Shown piece after piece: positions 37,989 through 48,607 of a stretch of 64,000 nucleotides of DNA. The translations under genes were made by a program, and so were the position numbers. How positions within the stretch are numbered: position 1 is the first letter of the stretch; every line of letters starts with the position of its first letter. Location of the stretch: contig CAVRAL010000001.1 of the NCBI GenBank assembly GCA_963719085.1, positions 480,001 through 544,000 of the forward strand. The letters are read 5' to 3'. The notes under the pieces were generated by a model, which was not told the DNA's origin, did not search any database, and saw nothing but the letters and a program-made list of their open reading frames with translations. Origin of the DNA: a candidate division FCPU426 bacterium (GTDB taxonomy: Bacteria; Oederibacteriota; Muellerivitia; Muellerivitales; Muellerivitaceae).

Positions 37989-38724
37989 GAAACTGTTTTT
38001 TTACGCGTTTCTATTTTTGATGGCCGCGGCGGGCGCCCAGGCCGCCGATGTTTCTTTCCCGACTATCCGCCTCGGCGTGGATCAGGCGAAGACTCCCCAG
38101 GATGTAGTGTTGAGTTTGCAGATTTTATTGATCCTTACCGTCCTCTCCCTGGCGCCGGCCATCCTGATCATGATGACTTCATTCACCCGGATCGTCATTA
38201 TTCTTTCCTTTTTGCGGCAGGGACTGGGAACCCAACAGGTCCCTCCCAACCAGGTTTTGGTGGGACTGGCCTTGTTTTTGACCTTCTTTACCATGCATCC
38301 CACTTTCGATCAAATCGATAAAACAGCCCTCACGCCTTATCTTCAAGGGAAGCTCAGCACGCCGGACGCTTTCGAGAAGGCGCAGATTCCTTTAAGGCAA
38401 TTCATGTTCAAACAAACGAGGGAAAAGGACCTGGCTTTGTTTGTGGCGCTTTCCAAGTCCAGCCGGCCCCGCACCCCCGATGATGTCTCGACCTGGGTCT
38501 TGGTTCCGGCCTTTGTCATCAGCGAGCTCAAAAAGGCTTTTGAGATGGGTTTTGTGATTTTCATCCCCTTTTTAATCATTGATATGGTGACCGCCTCCGT
38601 CTTGATGTCGATGGGCATGATGATGCTGCCGCCCGTCTTGATATCGCTTCCCTTTAAAATTTTGTTGTTCGTGATGGTGGATGGTTGGAACCTCATTGTT
38701 CGGTCGATTGTTTTAAGTTATTAA
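37969..38724 (+). CDS. fliP: Export gate FliP
   Basis: [33 protein letters not shown]. Confidence 0.97.
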   Translation: MARVKSKKLFFYAFLFLMAAAGAQAADVSFPTIRLGVDQAKTPQDVVLSLQILLILTVLSLAPAILIMMTSFTRIVIILSFLRQGLGTQQVPPNQVLVGLALFLTFFTMHPTFDQIDKTALTPYLQGKLSTPDAFEKAQIPLRQFMFKQTREKDLALFVALSKSSRPRTPDDVSTWVLVPAFVISELKKAFEMGFVIFIPFLIIDMVTASVLMSMGMMMLPPVLISLPFKILLFVMVDGWNLIVRSIVLSY

Positions 38725-38754
38725 GCGGTTCCCGCCGGGGGACAGGAGAAGCCT

Positions 38755-39024
38755 ATGTCCGTTGATTTTATCGCCGACTTGGCGAACCGAGCCCTGTTGG
38801 TGACCCTTCTGGTGTCCGCGCCCATTTTAGGGCTAGGGTTGGTGGTGGGGGTCTTGGTTTCCATTTTCCAGGCGGTCACCCAAATCCAGGAAATGACCCT
38901 TTCGTTTATCCCGAAAATCATCGCGATTTTTGTGGCCATTCTTATTTTTGGAAAATGGATGATGCTCATCCTGATGAATTTCACGTCCGATTTGTGGATC
39001 AACATGCCGACTTATTTTAAGTGA
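38755..39024 (+). CDS. fliQ: Export gate FliQ
   Basis: FQAVTQIQEMTLSFIPK. Confidence 0.96.
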   Translation: MSVDFIADLANRALLVTLLVSAPILGLGLVVGVLVSIFQAVTQIQEMTLSFIPKIIAIFVAILIFGKWMMLILMNFTSDLWINMPTYFK

Positions 39025-39031
39025 GGCTCCA

Positions 39032-39817
39032 TTGCCCTTAAGTCCGTTTGATTTCAACTCGAAAGATGTGGTGGCTTTTATCCTGGTGTTGATGCGGGTG
39101 GCCGGCTTATTTTTGACTTCGCCCATTTTTTCCAGCGCCACGATTCCGGCGCAAGTGAAGGCGGCTTGGACCCTTTTGGTGGCTTTTATCATTTTTCCCC
39201 TGGTGGACACCAGTTCGATCTCCATGCCGGAACTGGGCATGCCTTTCGCGCTGGCCGTGGTGCGGGAGCTGATGGTGGGTTTTGTGGTGGGTTTGGGGGC
39301 CTATTTAATTTTTGTGGGCATCCAAATGGCGGGGCAGCTGATCGACATCCAAATGGGATTTGGATTGGTCAATGTGGTGGACCCCATTACCAGCACCCAG
39401 GTGTCGGTGATGGGCCAATACTATTACATGGTGGCGTTGGTTGTCTTTTTGGCGGTGGACGGCCATCACCTGTTGATTCGGGGGATCGTCCAAAGCTTTG
39501 ATTTGATTCCCTTGGGCCAGGCGCACTTTACGGCGGCTTTGACGGACAAAATGAACGGTCTTTTTTCACAGGTCTTTTTCATCGCTTTCAAGGTGGGGGC
39601 CCCGGTCATCGGCGCGCTTTTTATCACCAACTTGGCCTTGGGCATCATCGCCCGGACGGTCCCGCAAATGAACGTTTTTATCGTGGGGATGCCGCTCAAC
39701 GTGATGGTGGGTTTGACGGTGGTGGCGATGTCGATGAGTTTCTTTGTTTATGTTTTGCAGGACATGTATCACGGTCTTTACCGCGATATGGCGGTTTTAA
39801 TCCAGACGATGCGTTGA
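39032..39817 (+). CDS. fliR: Export gate FliR
   Basis: AGQLIDIQMGF, DGHH, RTVPQMNVF. Confidence 0.95.
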   Translation: MPLSPFDFNSKDVVAFILVLMRVAGLFLTSPIFSSATIPAQVKAAWTLLVAFIIFPLVDTSSISMPELGMPFALAVVRELMVGFVVGLGAYLIFVGIQMAGQLIDIQMGFGLVNVVDPITSTQVSVMGQYYYMVALVVFLAVDGHHLLIRGIVQSFDLIPLGQAHFTAALTDKMNGLFSQVFFIAFKVGAPVIGALFITNLALGIIARTVPQMNVFIVGMPLNVMVGLTVVAMSMSFFVYVLQDMYHGLYRDMAVLIQTMR

Positions 39818-39824
39818 GGTAAGC

Positions 39825-40901
39825 ATGGCGGATCCGGCAAAAACTGAAAGGGCGACGCCCAAAAGGCGGCAAGAGGCGCGGGAACGCGGCCAAGTGGTCC
39901 GGTCCATGGAAGTCAACTCGGTCATCATCCTGATCGCGGCGCTTTTTACTTTTCGCTACGCCGGCCCCTACATGATGAAGACCATCGGCGATGTTTGGAT
40001 TTTTACTTATCAAAACATGATGTTGAGTTTTGGGATGGAAAATGTATACAGCTATGGTTTGTTTTTCGCGGGCCAAATCGTCCTTCTGATCGCCCCCCTT
40101 TTGGCGGTGGTTTTAATCGTCTCCTTGATCTCGAATTATCTGCAAGTGGGAGTCATGTTTAGTTTAAAACCCATGACGCCTAAGCTGAGCAATATCAGCC
40201 CCGCGACCGGGTTTGGCCGCATCTTTTCCCGCCGATCGGGTGTGGAGTTGGTCAAGGCGGTCTTGAAGATTGTCATCATCGGCTGGATCGCCTATGACGG
40301 GATCAAGGGAGCCCTGCCTCAGCTGGTGCCGGCCATGGATATGCCGGGCTCAGTCGCGGTCCAGTTTGTGGGCGGACTGGCCATGTCCATTTTGGACCAC
40401 ATTCTTTTCGCCTTGATCGCCTTGGCGATCTTGGATTATTTTTACCAACGATGGGAATATGAGGAAAGTTTGAAGATGACCAAGCAAGAAATCAGGGATG
40501 AGCTCCGCCAGTCGGAGGGCGACCCCCTGATCAAGGCCCGGATTCGCCAGCTTCAGCGGGAAATGGCCCGGCGGCGCATGTTTGAGGCGATTCCGCGGGC
40601 GGATGTGGTGGTGACCAACCCCACCCACGTGGCGGTGGCCCTGGAATATAAAGACGGCATGGGAGCCCCCGTGGTACTGGCTAAAGGGGAGCGGGTAATC
40701 GCCCAAAAAATCAAGGAAATCGCGCTAAAAAACAAGATTCCGATCGTGGAAAACCCCCCGATCGCCCGGGCCCTATTAAAATCCTGTCCGGTGGGGGCCC
40801 AGATTCCGGGAAACCTTTATGAGGCGGTCGCCGAGATTTTGGCCTTTGTTTATCGTATGAATAAAAAGCGCAATAGTACGACCCTTTCCGCCACGGTTTG
40901 A
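39825..40901 (+). CDS. flhB: Export protein FlhB
   Basis: KTERATPKR, EGDP, NPTH autocleavage site. Confidence 0.97.
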   Translation: MADPAKTERATPKRRQEARERGQVVRSMEVNSVIILIAALFTFRYAGPYMMKTIGDVWIFTYQNMMLSFGMENVYSYGLFFAGQIVLLIAPLLAVVLIVSLISNYLQVGVMFSLKPMTPKLSNISPATGFGRIFSRRSGVELVKAVLKIVIIGWIAYDGIKGALPQLVPAMDMPGSVAVQFVGGLAMSILDHILFALIALAILDYFYQRWEYEESLKMTKQEIRDELRQSEGDPLIKARIRQLQREMARRRMFEAIPRADVVVTNPTHVAVALEYKDGMGAPVVLAKGERVIAQKIKEIALKNKIPIVENPPIARALLKSCPVGAQIPGNLYEAVAEILAFVYRMNKKRNSTTLSATV

Positions 40902-40991
40902 AAGACCGGTGGTTGAAAAAGGTTAAAGAAGAAAGCCGTAAATGACGCTAAAATAGCGGGCCATGTTCATTTAATCTGAACCGAGGAAAAA

Positions 40992-43076
40992 ATGCCGGAA
41001 GCGTTGGCTGCCCCAATTCAAAAGAACAACAGTGACCTGTTTTTCGCTTTCGCGGTGGTCATGGCCATCATCATGGTGGTCATCCCCCTGCCGCCGATTC
41101 TTTTGGATATTCTCATTTCCTTCAACATCACGATGGCTTTGGTCGTGGTGTTGATCACCATGTACACGTTGGAGCCGCTCCACTTTTCGATTTTCCCAAC
41201 CCTTTTGCTGATCACCACCTTGTTCCGTTTGGCCCTGAGCATCTCCGCCACCCGTTTGATCCTTTTGCACGGCAACGACGGGCCCCAGGCCGCTGGCCAT
41301 GTGATTGAGTCGATCGGGGCCGTGGTGGTCGGAGGGAGCTATTGGGTGGGATTCGTGGTTTTCCTCATCCTGATCATCATTCAATTCGTCGTGATCACCA
41401 GCGGTTCCCAGCGCGTGGCCGAAGTGGCGGCCCGTTTTACCTTGGATGCCATGCCGGGAAAACAAATGGCCATCGACGCGGATTTGAATTCCGGCTTGAT
41501 CAGCGATGATCAAGCCCGTCAGCGCCGCAAAGACGTCGAGCGGGAAGCGGATTTTTACGGAGCCATGGACGGAGCGAGCAAGTTCGTCCGCGGGGACGCC
41601 ATCGCGGCCATCATCATTATCATCATCAACGTGATCGGCGGTTTTGGCGTGGGACTCTTCAGCGGGGACATGACTGTCCCGGAAGTTTTGGAACGCTACA
41701 CGCTTTTATCGATCGGGGACGGTTTGGCCACGCAGATTCCGGCGCTGTTTCTTTCCATGGCCACCGGTATCGTGGTGACGCGCGCGGCGTCCGACAGCAA
41801 CTTGGGAACGGACTTGGTCCGTCAAATCACAGCCCAGCCTAAGGCCCTATGGATCGCGGCGGGCGTTTTGTTCGCCCTGTCACTGGTGCCCGGAATGCCT
41901 TTTTTAGCCTTCGCTTTTATCGCGGCGCTGACCGGTTGGCTGGCCTATACCATTGAAGCCACTACCCGCCGGGAAAAGGAGGAAGTGAAGAAAACCGAGG
42001 AACAGGTCGGTCAAGACAAAAGAAAAGAACCTGAAAATGTCTCTTCGCTCTTGCAAGTGGACCACTTAGAAATTGAAATCGGCTACAGCCTGATCCCCCT
42101 GGTCGATGAGGCCCAGGGCGGCGATTTGCTCGAAAGAATTACCGGCATCCGGCGTCAAATGGCGACCGATTTGGGTTTGGTGGTTCCCCCCATCCGCATC
42201 CGGGACAATATGCAATTACCTCCCTCTGAATATGTGATTAAGATTAAAGGGGTGGAAATCTCAAAGTGGAAAGTGATGTCGGGCCATTTATTGGCCATGT
42301 CTACGGGCCCCAATATGCCCGCGATTAAAGGGATTGAGACGAAAGAACCGACCTTTAACCTGACTTCTTATTGGATCACCGATGAGGAAAAAGCCGAGGC
42401 GGAGCAGGCCGGGTATACCGTGGTGGACGCCTCCACCGTCATCGCGACGCACCTCACCGAGATTATCCGCAATCAAGCCCATGAGTTTTTAACCCGGCAG
42501 AGCGTGGCGAAGCTGGTGGAGGGCGTCAAAAAAGAAACCCCGGCGGTGGTGGATGAAATCATCCCCTCGCAGTTGACGATCGGCGACCTGCAAAAAATAC
42601 TTCAAAATTTATTGAAAGAACATCTGCCGATCCGCGACATGGAAAGCATTCTGGAGTCCGTGGCCGATCATGTGCGCGAAACCAAGGACACCCAGCTTTT
42701 GACCGAATTCGCCCGCCGGGCGCTGTCGCGGTCGATCACCAAACTTTACCTTTCACCCGACGGGAAAATTTACTGCCTGACGCTTGACCCTAAGTTTGAG
42801 AAAACCATCCTGGATTCCATCCAAGCGGCTGAGAGCGGGAACGCCGCGGCGCTGGACCCCCGGCTGGTGCAGAAAATGTTCCGAAGCCTTTCCGCCGGAA
42901 TCGAAAAGATGGCCGGCGCCTCCCGGCAGCCTTTGGTTTTATGCTCGCCGGCGGTCCGTCCTTACTTTAAAAAAATGGTCGAGCGGTTCATCCCGCATTT
43001 AACCGTGCTTTCGTTCAGCGAACTTTTGCCCCGGACGGAGATTCAATCCATGGGAACGATTGAGGCCAACGAATGA
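40992..43076 (+). CDS. flhA: Export protein FlhA
   Basis: RVAEVAARFTLDAMPGKQMAIDADL, FYGAMDGASKFVRGDA. Confidence 0.97.
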   Translation: MPEALAAPIQKNNSDLFFAFAVVMAIIMVVIPLPPILLDILISFNITMALVVVLITMYTLEPLHFSIFPTLLLITTLFRLALSISATRLILLHGNDGPQAAGHVIESIGAVVVGGSYWVGFVVFLILIIIQFVVITSGSQRVAEVAARFTLDAMPGKQMAIDADLNSGLISDDQARQRRKDVEREADFYGAMDGASKFVRGDAIAAIIIIIINVIGGFGVGLFSGDMTVPEVLERYTLLSIGDGLATQIPALFLSMATGIVVTRAASDSNLGTDLVRQITAQPKALWIAAGVLFALSLVPGMPFLAFAFIAALTGWLAYTIEATTRREKEEVKKTEEQVGQDKRKEPENVSSLLQVDHLEIEIGYSLIPLVDEAQGGDLLERITGIRRQMATDLGLVVPPIRIRDNMQLPPSEYVIKIKGVEISKWKVMSGHLLAMSTGPNMPAIKGIETKEPTFNLTSYWITDEEKAEAEQAGYTVVDASTVIATHLTEIIRNQAHEFLTRQSVAKLVEGVKKETPAVVDEIIPSQLTIGDLQKILQNLLKEHLPIRDMESILESVADHVRETKDTQLLTEFARRALSRSITKLYLSPDGKIYCLTLDPKFEKTILDSIQAAESGNAAALDPRLVQKMFRSLSAGIEKMAGASRQPLVLCSPAVRPYFKKMVERFIPHLTVLSFSELLPRTEIQSMGTIEANE

Positions 43077-44275
43077 GAATAAAACGATACGAAGCGCCGA
43101 CCATCCAGGAAGCCCTCCAAAAAGTCAAAAAAGACTTGGGGCCGGAAGCCGTGATTCTTTACACCAAAACTTTCCGAAAAGGGGGAGTGCTGGGCATTTT
43201 TGGGAAGCCCATGGCGGAGATCACCGCGGGCATCGATTTGAACCTGATGGATGATGTGGCGAGGCGCAAAACCTCTTCTTCCGCGGGGATGATTGAAAGT
43301 CCGGAAACCATCCTTTTGAAATCGGCTGTCGCGCCTTCGTCTCCTTCGACCACGCCGCCGCTGGGGGGGGGCTTGGATCCGGCCCGCTCCAAGGTGCGCG
43401 CGCTTCAGCGGGAACTCAATGAGATGAAAACCTCGAGTTTGGCCGGGTCTTTGCGTGAGATGAATCCCATGGACAATTTGTCCCTGTTATCCGAGGCCTA
43501 TTCGAAGATCCGCAAAAAAATGGCGAAACAAGAAGTGGAGGATTTTCTCATCCAAAAAATCATCAAAGGAATGATGAGCGAAAAGGTGGATCCGGAAAAC
43601 GCTTCCGAGGTTCAGGATTGGGTTCAGCGGTTTGTGATGGGAACCATGAAAATCGCGGCGCCGGTGACTTTGGGCGGATTCCCCAAGGTTTTGGCCTTTG
43701 TGGGGCCCACGGGCGTGGGAAAAACAACGACTTTGGCCAAGTTGGCGGCCCGATTCAGCCTGATGGAGCGCAAAAAAGTGACCATGGTGACAGCGGATAC
43801 CTATCGAATCGCCGCCACGGAGCAATTAAAAACTTACGGCCGGATCATGGGGATTCCCGTGGAGGTTTGCGGCTCGGCGGAAGAGATTACCGATATTTTG
43901 AACCGTCATAAAAACATGGACCTGATTCTTTTGGATACGGCGGGGCGCAGTCCCTCGAATGAGAGCCAACTGGATGAGTTGAAAAAATTCATCGTGAAAA
44001 GCCAACCGGATGAAATCCATCTCGTTTTATCGGCGACCACCAAGTATTTCGACATGATTAAGATCATCGAGCGTTTTGGACTGGCGGTTCCGATCAACCG
44101 GATGATTTTTACCAAGCTGGATGAGACGAGATATTACGGGGCCTTTTTAAATTTGATGAATAATTTTCAAATCCCATTGTCTTATTGCTCGTTGGGACAA
44201 AATGTTCCGGATGATCTTGAAATTCCCGACGCCAAAACTCTTTCGGAACGGATTGTCAAAGCTTTGCTGGGCTGA
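43073..44275 (+). CDS. flhF: SRP-like GTPase FlhF
   Basis: GPTGVGKTTT, DTYRIAA, DTAGR, TKLDE, GQNVPDD. Confidence 0.95.
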   Translation: MRIKRYEAPTIQEALQKVKKDLGPEAVILYTKTFRKGGVLGIFGKPMAEITAGIDLNLMDDVARRKTSSSAGMIESPETILLKSAVAPSSPSTTPPLGGGLDPARSKVRALQRELNEMKTSSLAGSLREMNPMDNLSLLSEAYSKIRKKMAKQEVEDFLIQKIIKGMMSEKVDPENASEVQDWVQRFVMGTMKIAAPVTLGGFPKVLAFVGPTGVGKTTTLAKLAARFSLMERKKVTMVTADTYRIAATEQLKTYGRIMGIPVEVCGSAEEITDILNRHKNMDLILLDTAGRSPSNESQLDELKKFIVKSQPDEIHLVLSATTKYFDMIKIIERFGLAVPINRMIFTKLDETRYYGAFLNLMNNFQIPLSYCSLGQNVPDDLEIPDAKTLSERIVKALLG

Positions 44276-44291
44276 ACTTTAAGGGGGACTT

Positions 44292-45194
44292 GTGCAGGAT
44301 CAAGCCGAAAAGCTTCGACAATTGATGGGCACGCTTCAACCCAGCGCGCGCCCCGAGAACCCTTCCTTGACTCATGGCCAAGCGCGCGTCATCGCCGTGA
44401 CCAGCGGAAAAGGCGGGGTGGGTAAGAGCAACATCTCGGTCAATTTGGCCTTGCTGATGGCCCTCAAGGGAAAGAAAGTCCTTTTGGTCGACGCGGATAT
44501 GGGATTGGCGAACGTGGATGTTTTGCTCGGCCTAATTCCCCAATTCACCTTGGTCAATGTGTTGAACGGACAAAAAAAGCTTTCGGAGATCATCATTGAG
44601 GGGCCCTTGGGCATCCGTTTGGTGGCTTCGGGCTCCGGCGGGGTGCAGGAATTGGCGGACTTGAATGAGACTCAGCGGAATAATTTTTTACAATCGCTCT
44701 CCGACCTTCAAAGCGACGCCGATATCGTCCTCATCGATACGGGGGCCGGCCTTCACCGCAATGTTCTGGCTTTTGTGCTGGCCGCCGAGGAGGCGTTGGT
44801 GGTCACCACGCCGGAGCCCACCGCGCTTATGGACGCTTATGGCATGATCAAAATCGTTCAACGGGAAAAAAAGAACGCCGCAATCAAGGTGTTTGTCAAT
44901 ATGGCGACCAATCAACTGGAAGCCGATGAGGCGGGGAAGAAGCTGGTGATCCTTTCCAAACGTTTTTTAAATCTGGATATCCAATATCTGGGGTTCGCGC
45001 TTCGGGATATGGGCGTGGTTAAAAGCGTTCGGGCGCAAAAACCCGTGGTTCTTTCCAACCCGCTGAACCCTTTTGCGGTAAGCTTGTCCAGAATCGCCGA
45101 TCTTTTATTGTCCAAAGACGAAAAAGATGAAAATGTGAATTTGATTAATTTTTTCAAGAAAGTCACTCAAATTTTTGGCGGGAAAAACCAATGA
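44292..45194 (+). CDS. flhG: MinD-like ATPase FlhG/FleN
   Basis: MQDQAEKLR, SGKGGVGKS, DADMGLAN, TPEPTA..DAY. Confidence 0.93.
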   Translation: MQDQAEKLRQLMGTLQPSARPENPSLTHGQARVIAVTSGKGGVGKSNISVNLALLMALKGKKVLLVDADMGLANVDVLLGLIPQFTLVNVLNGQKKLSEIIIEGPLGIRLVASGSGGVQELADLNETQRNNFLQSLSDLQSDADIVLIDTGAGLHRNVLAFVLAAEEALVVTTPEPTALMDAYGMIKIVQREKKNAAIKVFVNMATNQLEADEAGKKLVILSKRFLNLDIQYLGFALRDMGVVKSVRAQKPVVLSNPLNPFAVSLSRIADLLLSKDEKDENVNLINFFKKVTQIFGGKNQ

Positions 45195-45610
45195 GCGATA
45201 AACCCAAAGGTCAAAAAAGACGTTTTGTGCGGCTGGACGTGGTTTTGCCGGTGAAATACCGCAAGTACACGGGTAATCCCATTTTCATCAGCAATTTTAA
45301 TGTGGGGCGCACCATCGATCTTTCCAGCGGCGGGATTAAATTGAGCGTCAGCCGGCCGATCCCGGTGGGGTCGAAATTGGATATGGAAATTGAGTTGGAT
45401 GATCAAACCGCTTCCTACGTTGTCGGCAAGGTGCTGGGCGGGGAAGACAAGGTGATTGACGGAATCGGCAGGAGAATCGAGAAAATCAATTTCGTGGAGC
45501 TTGATCCGGAAGCGCAGGACATGATCATGAAATTTATTTTCAACAACCAACGCAAACAAGTGCGGCAAAGCCTGAAGAAACCAGAGGTGGATAATGGCAA
45601 AAAAAGATAA
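45191..45610 (+). CDS. PilZ-domain c-di-GMP receptor
   Basis: RRFVR (RxxxR) and DLSSGG (DxSxxG); C-terminal I.KFIF..QRK. Confidence 0.85.
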   Translation: MSDKPKGQKRRFVRLDVVLPVKYRKYTGNPIFISNFNVGRTIDLSSGGIKLSVSRPIPVGSKLDMEIELDDQTASYVVGKVLGGEDKVIDGIGRRIEKINFVELDPEAQDMIMKFIFNNQRKQVRQSLKKPEVDNGKKR

Positions 45611-46004
45611 TAAGAACACATATGAGATCACCCGTGAAAGACCCACGGGTTCTTTCGGGCTTCTCTTATCCGGCGGCGCGGCCGGAACCGTCTTTTTGTT
45701 TTTAGTCACATTGTTGATCGGCGCCTACGCCGGCATCAGCTTGGATAACCTGATTTTTTACTTTTTGTTGTCCGGTTTCGCCGGATTTATTTTGGGCGCC
45801 GGGGTGACCTGGATCATCATCCGTTATTTTGGGGAGATCATCCATTTTTCAAGCCTGGTGCCTTCGGCTGCGGCCGCGGCAAGCCAGCCCGCCGAACCGG
45901 AGACGCCCATGGAAACCGAGCCGGTGGTAGAAGAGGGGAGCGAAGAAAAGGGGAAATCCGTGGATTATGTTTTCCCCGAATTTTCGCCTGAGAATCAGTC
46001 GTAA
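45594..46004 (+). CDS. Hypothetical membrane protein (2 TM, acidic tail)
   Basis: Two hydrophobic segments; SD GAGGTG; operonic position. Confidence 0.6.
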   Translation: MAKKDNKNTYEITRERPTGSFGLLLSGGAAGTVFLFLVTLLIGAYAGISLDNLIFYFLLSGFAGFILGAGVTWIIIRYFGEIIHFSSLVPSAAAAASQPAEPETPMETEPVVEEGSEEKGKSVDYVFPEFSPENQS

Positions 46005-46010
46005 ACGGAT

Positions 46011-46850
46011 ATGGCCTCGGCTGAAAAGAATGACGCGGTTTGGAAAAAGTTCTTAAAGGACAAAAACGCCAAGGACCGTGATTTTTTAGCCCGCTTTTAT
46101 TTTTTTTTAGTTGAGGCGGAAAGTCGAAGGCTTTTGGCCCGGCTTCCCTTGAAGGCTTATTGGGAAAAGAAGGATGATTTGGTTTCGGCGGGCTCCATCG
46201 GCCTTTTGCAGGCCTTGGATCACTTCGCGCCGCCCCCGGGGAAAGGCGCTTCGCCGGGACGGGCTTTCGAGGCTTATGCCCGATACCGCATCCGCGGGCA
46301 GATGGTGGATGAGCTCCGCCACATGGACTTCGCGAGGAGAAATTTAAGGAAACAAGAAAAAACGATTCAAGAAGCCAGGCGTAAACTGGAGCAAAAATTC
46401 GGGCGCGCGCCGTCGGAAGAGGAAATCGCCAAAAGTTTGGGAATGCCGCTGGACGAGCTTTACGATTTTGTGGCCGAGATCAACATGTTGAACCTTTTGT
46501 CCCTGGACGCCGAATTGGACGGTTCGGGGGGTGAAAAGGGAGCTTGGACCGATATATTGCCGGATCCCAAGGCCGAAAATGCCCTTGATAAAGTGGAGAA
46601 ACAAGAGAGAATTGAAATGGTGACGGAATCCTTGAAAAAGCTGTCGGATTCCGAGCAAAAAGTGCTTCAATTCTATTATTCCGAAAATTTAACCTTCAAA
46701 GAAGTCGGCCGGGTTCTAGGGGTGAGCGAGTCGCGGGTATGTCAAATTCATCATATGGCGGTTTTTAAACTACAGAAGAGTGTCGATGAAAGGCGGGAAC
46801 ATGACGGAGCCCAATATGGACGGCTATATAACCATCACCAACGAAAATGA
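46011..46850 (+). CDS. fliA: RNA polymerase sigma-28 factor
   Basis: DDLVSAG.IGL, FEAYA..RIRG.M.DELR, GRAPSEEEIA, LTFKEVG.VLGVSESRVCQIH. Confidence 0.93.
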   Translation: MASAEKNDAVWKKFLKDKNAKDRDFLARFYFFLVEAESRRLLARLPLKAYWEKKDDLVSAGSIGLLQALDHFAPPPGKGASPGRAFEAYARYRIRGQMVDELRHMDFARRNLRKQEKTIQEARRKLEQKFGRAPSEEEIAKSLGMPLDELYDFVAEINMLNLLSLDAELDGSGGEKGAWTDILPDPKAENALDKVEKQERIEMVTESLKKLSDSEQKVLQFYYSENLTFKEVGRVLGVSESRVCQIHHMAVFKLQKSVDERREHDGAQYGRLYNHHQRK

Positions 46851-48480
46851 CGGTGTGTATTTGACCGTTTTCCCCCCGCAGGGCAAAGGCATTAAGCCGA
46901 CCCTGGAAAGCGTCAAGCAGGAATTATCCAAGTACAAGATCGCGGTCGACAATGAAAGCTTTTTGGCGGCGTTGGTTGAGAAGTCCGCCGGTGTTCCCCA
47001 GAAAATATCCGGGGCCCAGAGCGCTTTGGGCCAAGACCAGATTTTTGTCGAAATTACCGACGACGAGATGATGTCCAAGGTGACCGTGGTTCCGCCCCAA
47101 AATGAAAAAGAGCATTTTGTGACCATTGATGACGTTCGGGAGGCCCTGCGGCGCAAAAATGTCACCTTTGGGATTGACGAGAACAAGATGACGGAATTGT
47201 CGGCGAAACTTTCGGCCATGGCCGCCGATAAAAATTTAAGCGAGCCGGTGGAGATGGAAGTGGCCTTTGGGACCCTGGTGAAGGACGGGGAAGACGGCCG
47301 GATCGATTATTTATATAAAACCGAGACGGCGGCGGTGGAAGCGGCCCCGGCTCCGGAAGAAACCGAGGACGGCCGCATTGATTACCGGGCCGCCCACCAT
47401 ATCGACAATATCGCCAAGGGCACTTTATTGGCGCGGAAAATCTCGGCGACCAAGGGGACGCCGGGAATGACGGTTACCGGTAAGGCCACCGAATCCCATG
47501 ACGGCAAAGAGATTGAGGTGGTGGCGGGCAAAGGCGTGGTGGTTTCCCCTACGAATAAGGATGAGTGGCTCGCCGATACGGATGGCCAGGTGATCGTTAA
47601 AGAGAACAAAATATCGGTCATGGCCTTGTATGAGGTGGCGGGCGACGTGAACTTTTCCACCGGAAACATCGATTTTGTGGGGACCGTCATTGTTCGGGGC
47701 GACGTGAAGGATGGATTTAAGGTTTTTGCCGGCGAGGATCTCATTATCAACGGAGTGGTAGAGGCCGCGGAGCTCAAGGCGAACGGGAAGCTGACCATCG
47801 GCGGTGGGGTCAGCGGAAGCGACCGGGCGAAAATCTCATGCCAGGGAGACGCCAACATCAAATACGTGCGCAACGCCCAAGTGGAAGTCGGCGGTGATTT
47901 ATCCACCGCGCAAGCCATCATGCACAGCAAGGTGACCGTGGGCCGAAAAGTGACGGTGGCGGGAAAAAAAGGCGTGATTGTGGGCGGCCAAGTGATCGCC
48001 GGGCAAGAAGTGAACGCCGCCTCCATCGGGTCCAATTTCGCCACACCAACGGAAATTATTGTGGGGGAAGCCCTGGGATTGCGCGATGAAATCCAAAAAA
48101 CGGAAGCCGAGTTGAAGGCGGCGGTTGAAAATCTTGAGAAAACAAAAAAAGGCCTGCAATTCCTCAAGGATCAACAGGCCAAGCTGGGGGGCAATCTTCC
48201 GCCGGACAAAAAAGAACTTTTAACCAAATTGACCAGGGCTCAATTCAAACTGATGGCGGACACCAAAAATTTCGCTGAAAAGCGCCAGGAACTGGAAAAG
48301 AAAGAACAGGAAGGTTCCGAGGATCGGCGCCGCCACGCCAAAGTCATGTGCCTGGGGGTGATTCATAATGGGGTGAAAATCACCATTAACAAGGCCTCCC
48401 GTCAAATCGCCGAAGAGTTAAAATACTGTACCTTGACTGAGTCCGATGGCGAAATAAGAGTGGGCCCTTATAAAGGTTGA
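46801..48480 (+). CDS. FapA/DUF342 family protein
   Basis: DGRIDYR, G.PG.TV.G, V.GDVNFSTGNIDF.G, IVGG; start 46801 or 46816. Confidence 0.88.
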   Translation: MTEPNMDGYITITNENDGVYLTVFPPQGKGIKPTLESVKQELSKYKIAVDNESFLAALVEKSAGVPQKISGAQSALGQDQIFVEITDDEMMSKVTVVPPQNEKEHFVTIDDVREALRRKNVTFGIDENKMTELSAKLSAMAADKNLSEPVEMEVAFGTLVKDGEDGRIDYLYKTETAAVEAAPAPEETEDGRIDYRAAHHIDNIAKGTLLARKISATKGTPGMTVTGKATESHDGKEIEVVAGKGVVVSPTNKDEWLADTDGQVIVKENKISVMALYEVAGDVNFSTGNIDFVGTVIVRGDVKDGFKVFAGEDLIINGVVEAAELKANGKLTIGGGVSGSDRAKISCQGDANIKYVRNAQVEVGGDLSTAQAIMHSKVTVGRKVTVAGKKGVIVGGQVIAGQEVNAASIGSNFATPTEIIVGEALGLRDEIQKTEAELKAAVENLEKTKKGLQFLKDQQAKLGGNLPPDKKELLTKLTRAQFKLMADTKNFAEKRQELEKKEQEGSEDRRRHAKVMCLGVIHNGVKITINKASRQIAEELKYCTLTESDGEIRVGPYKG

Positions 48481-48607
48481 ACCCGCAATGGAGGGTAACC
48501 CGCTAGGGAGAGTTCGAGCGTGTAAGGCGGGTTAAGACTCGGTTGAGGTTTCGAGGTAGGCCGGAGCGAAGGGTAGGGCGGTTGAAGGCGATCCCAAGGA
48601 ATAAGCC

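Noticed and set aside
40924..40951. sigma28 promoter before flhA (TAAA-N16-GACGCTAA)
   Set aside because: Weak -10 match, and flhA is normally an early-class gene
46780..46850. Frameshift at the fliA/fapA overlap
   Set aside because: FliA region 4 is complete before the overlap and fapA has usable starts at 46801/46816; a short tail extension explains it
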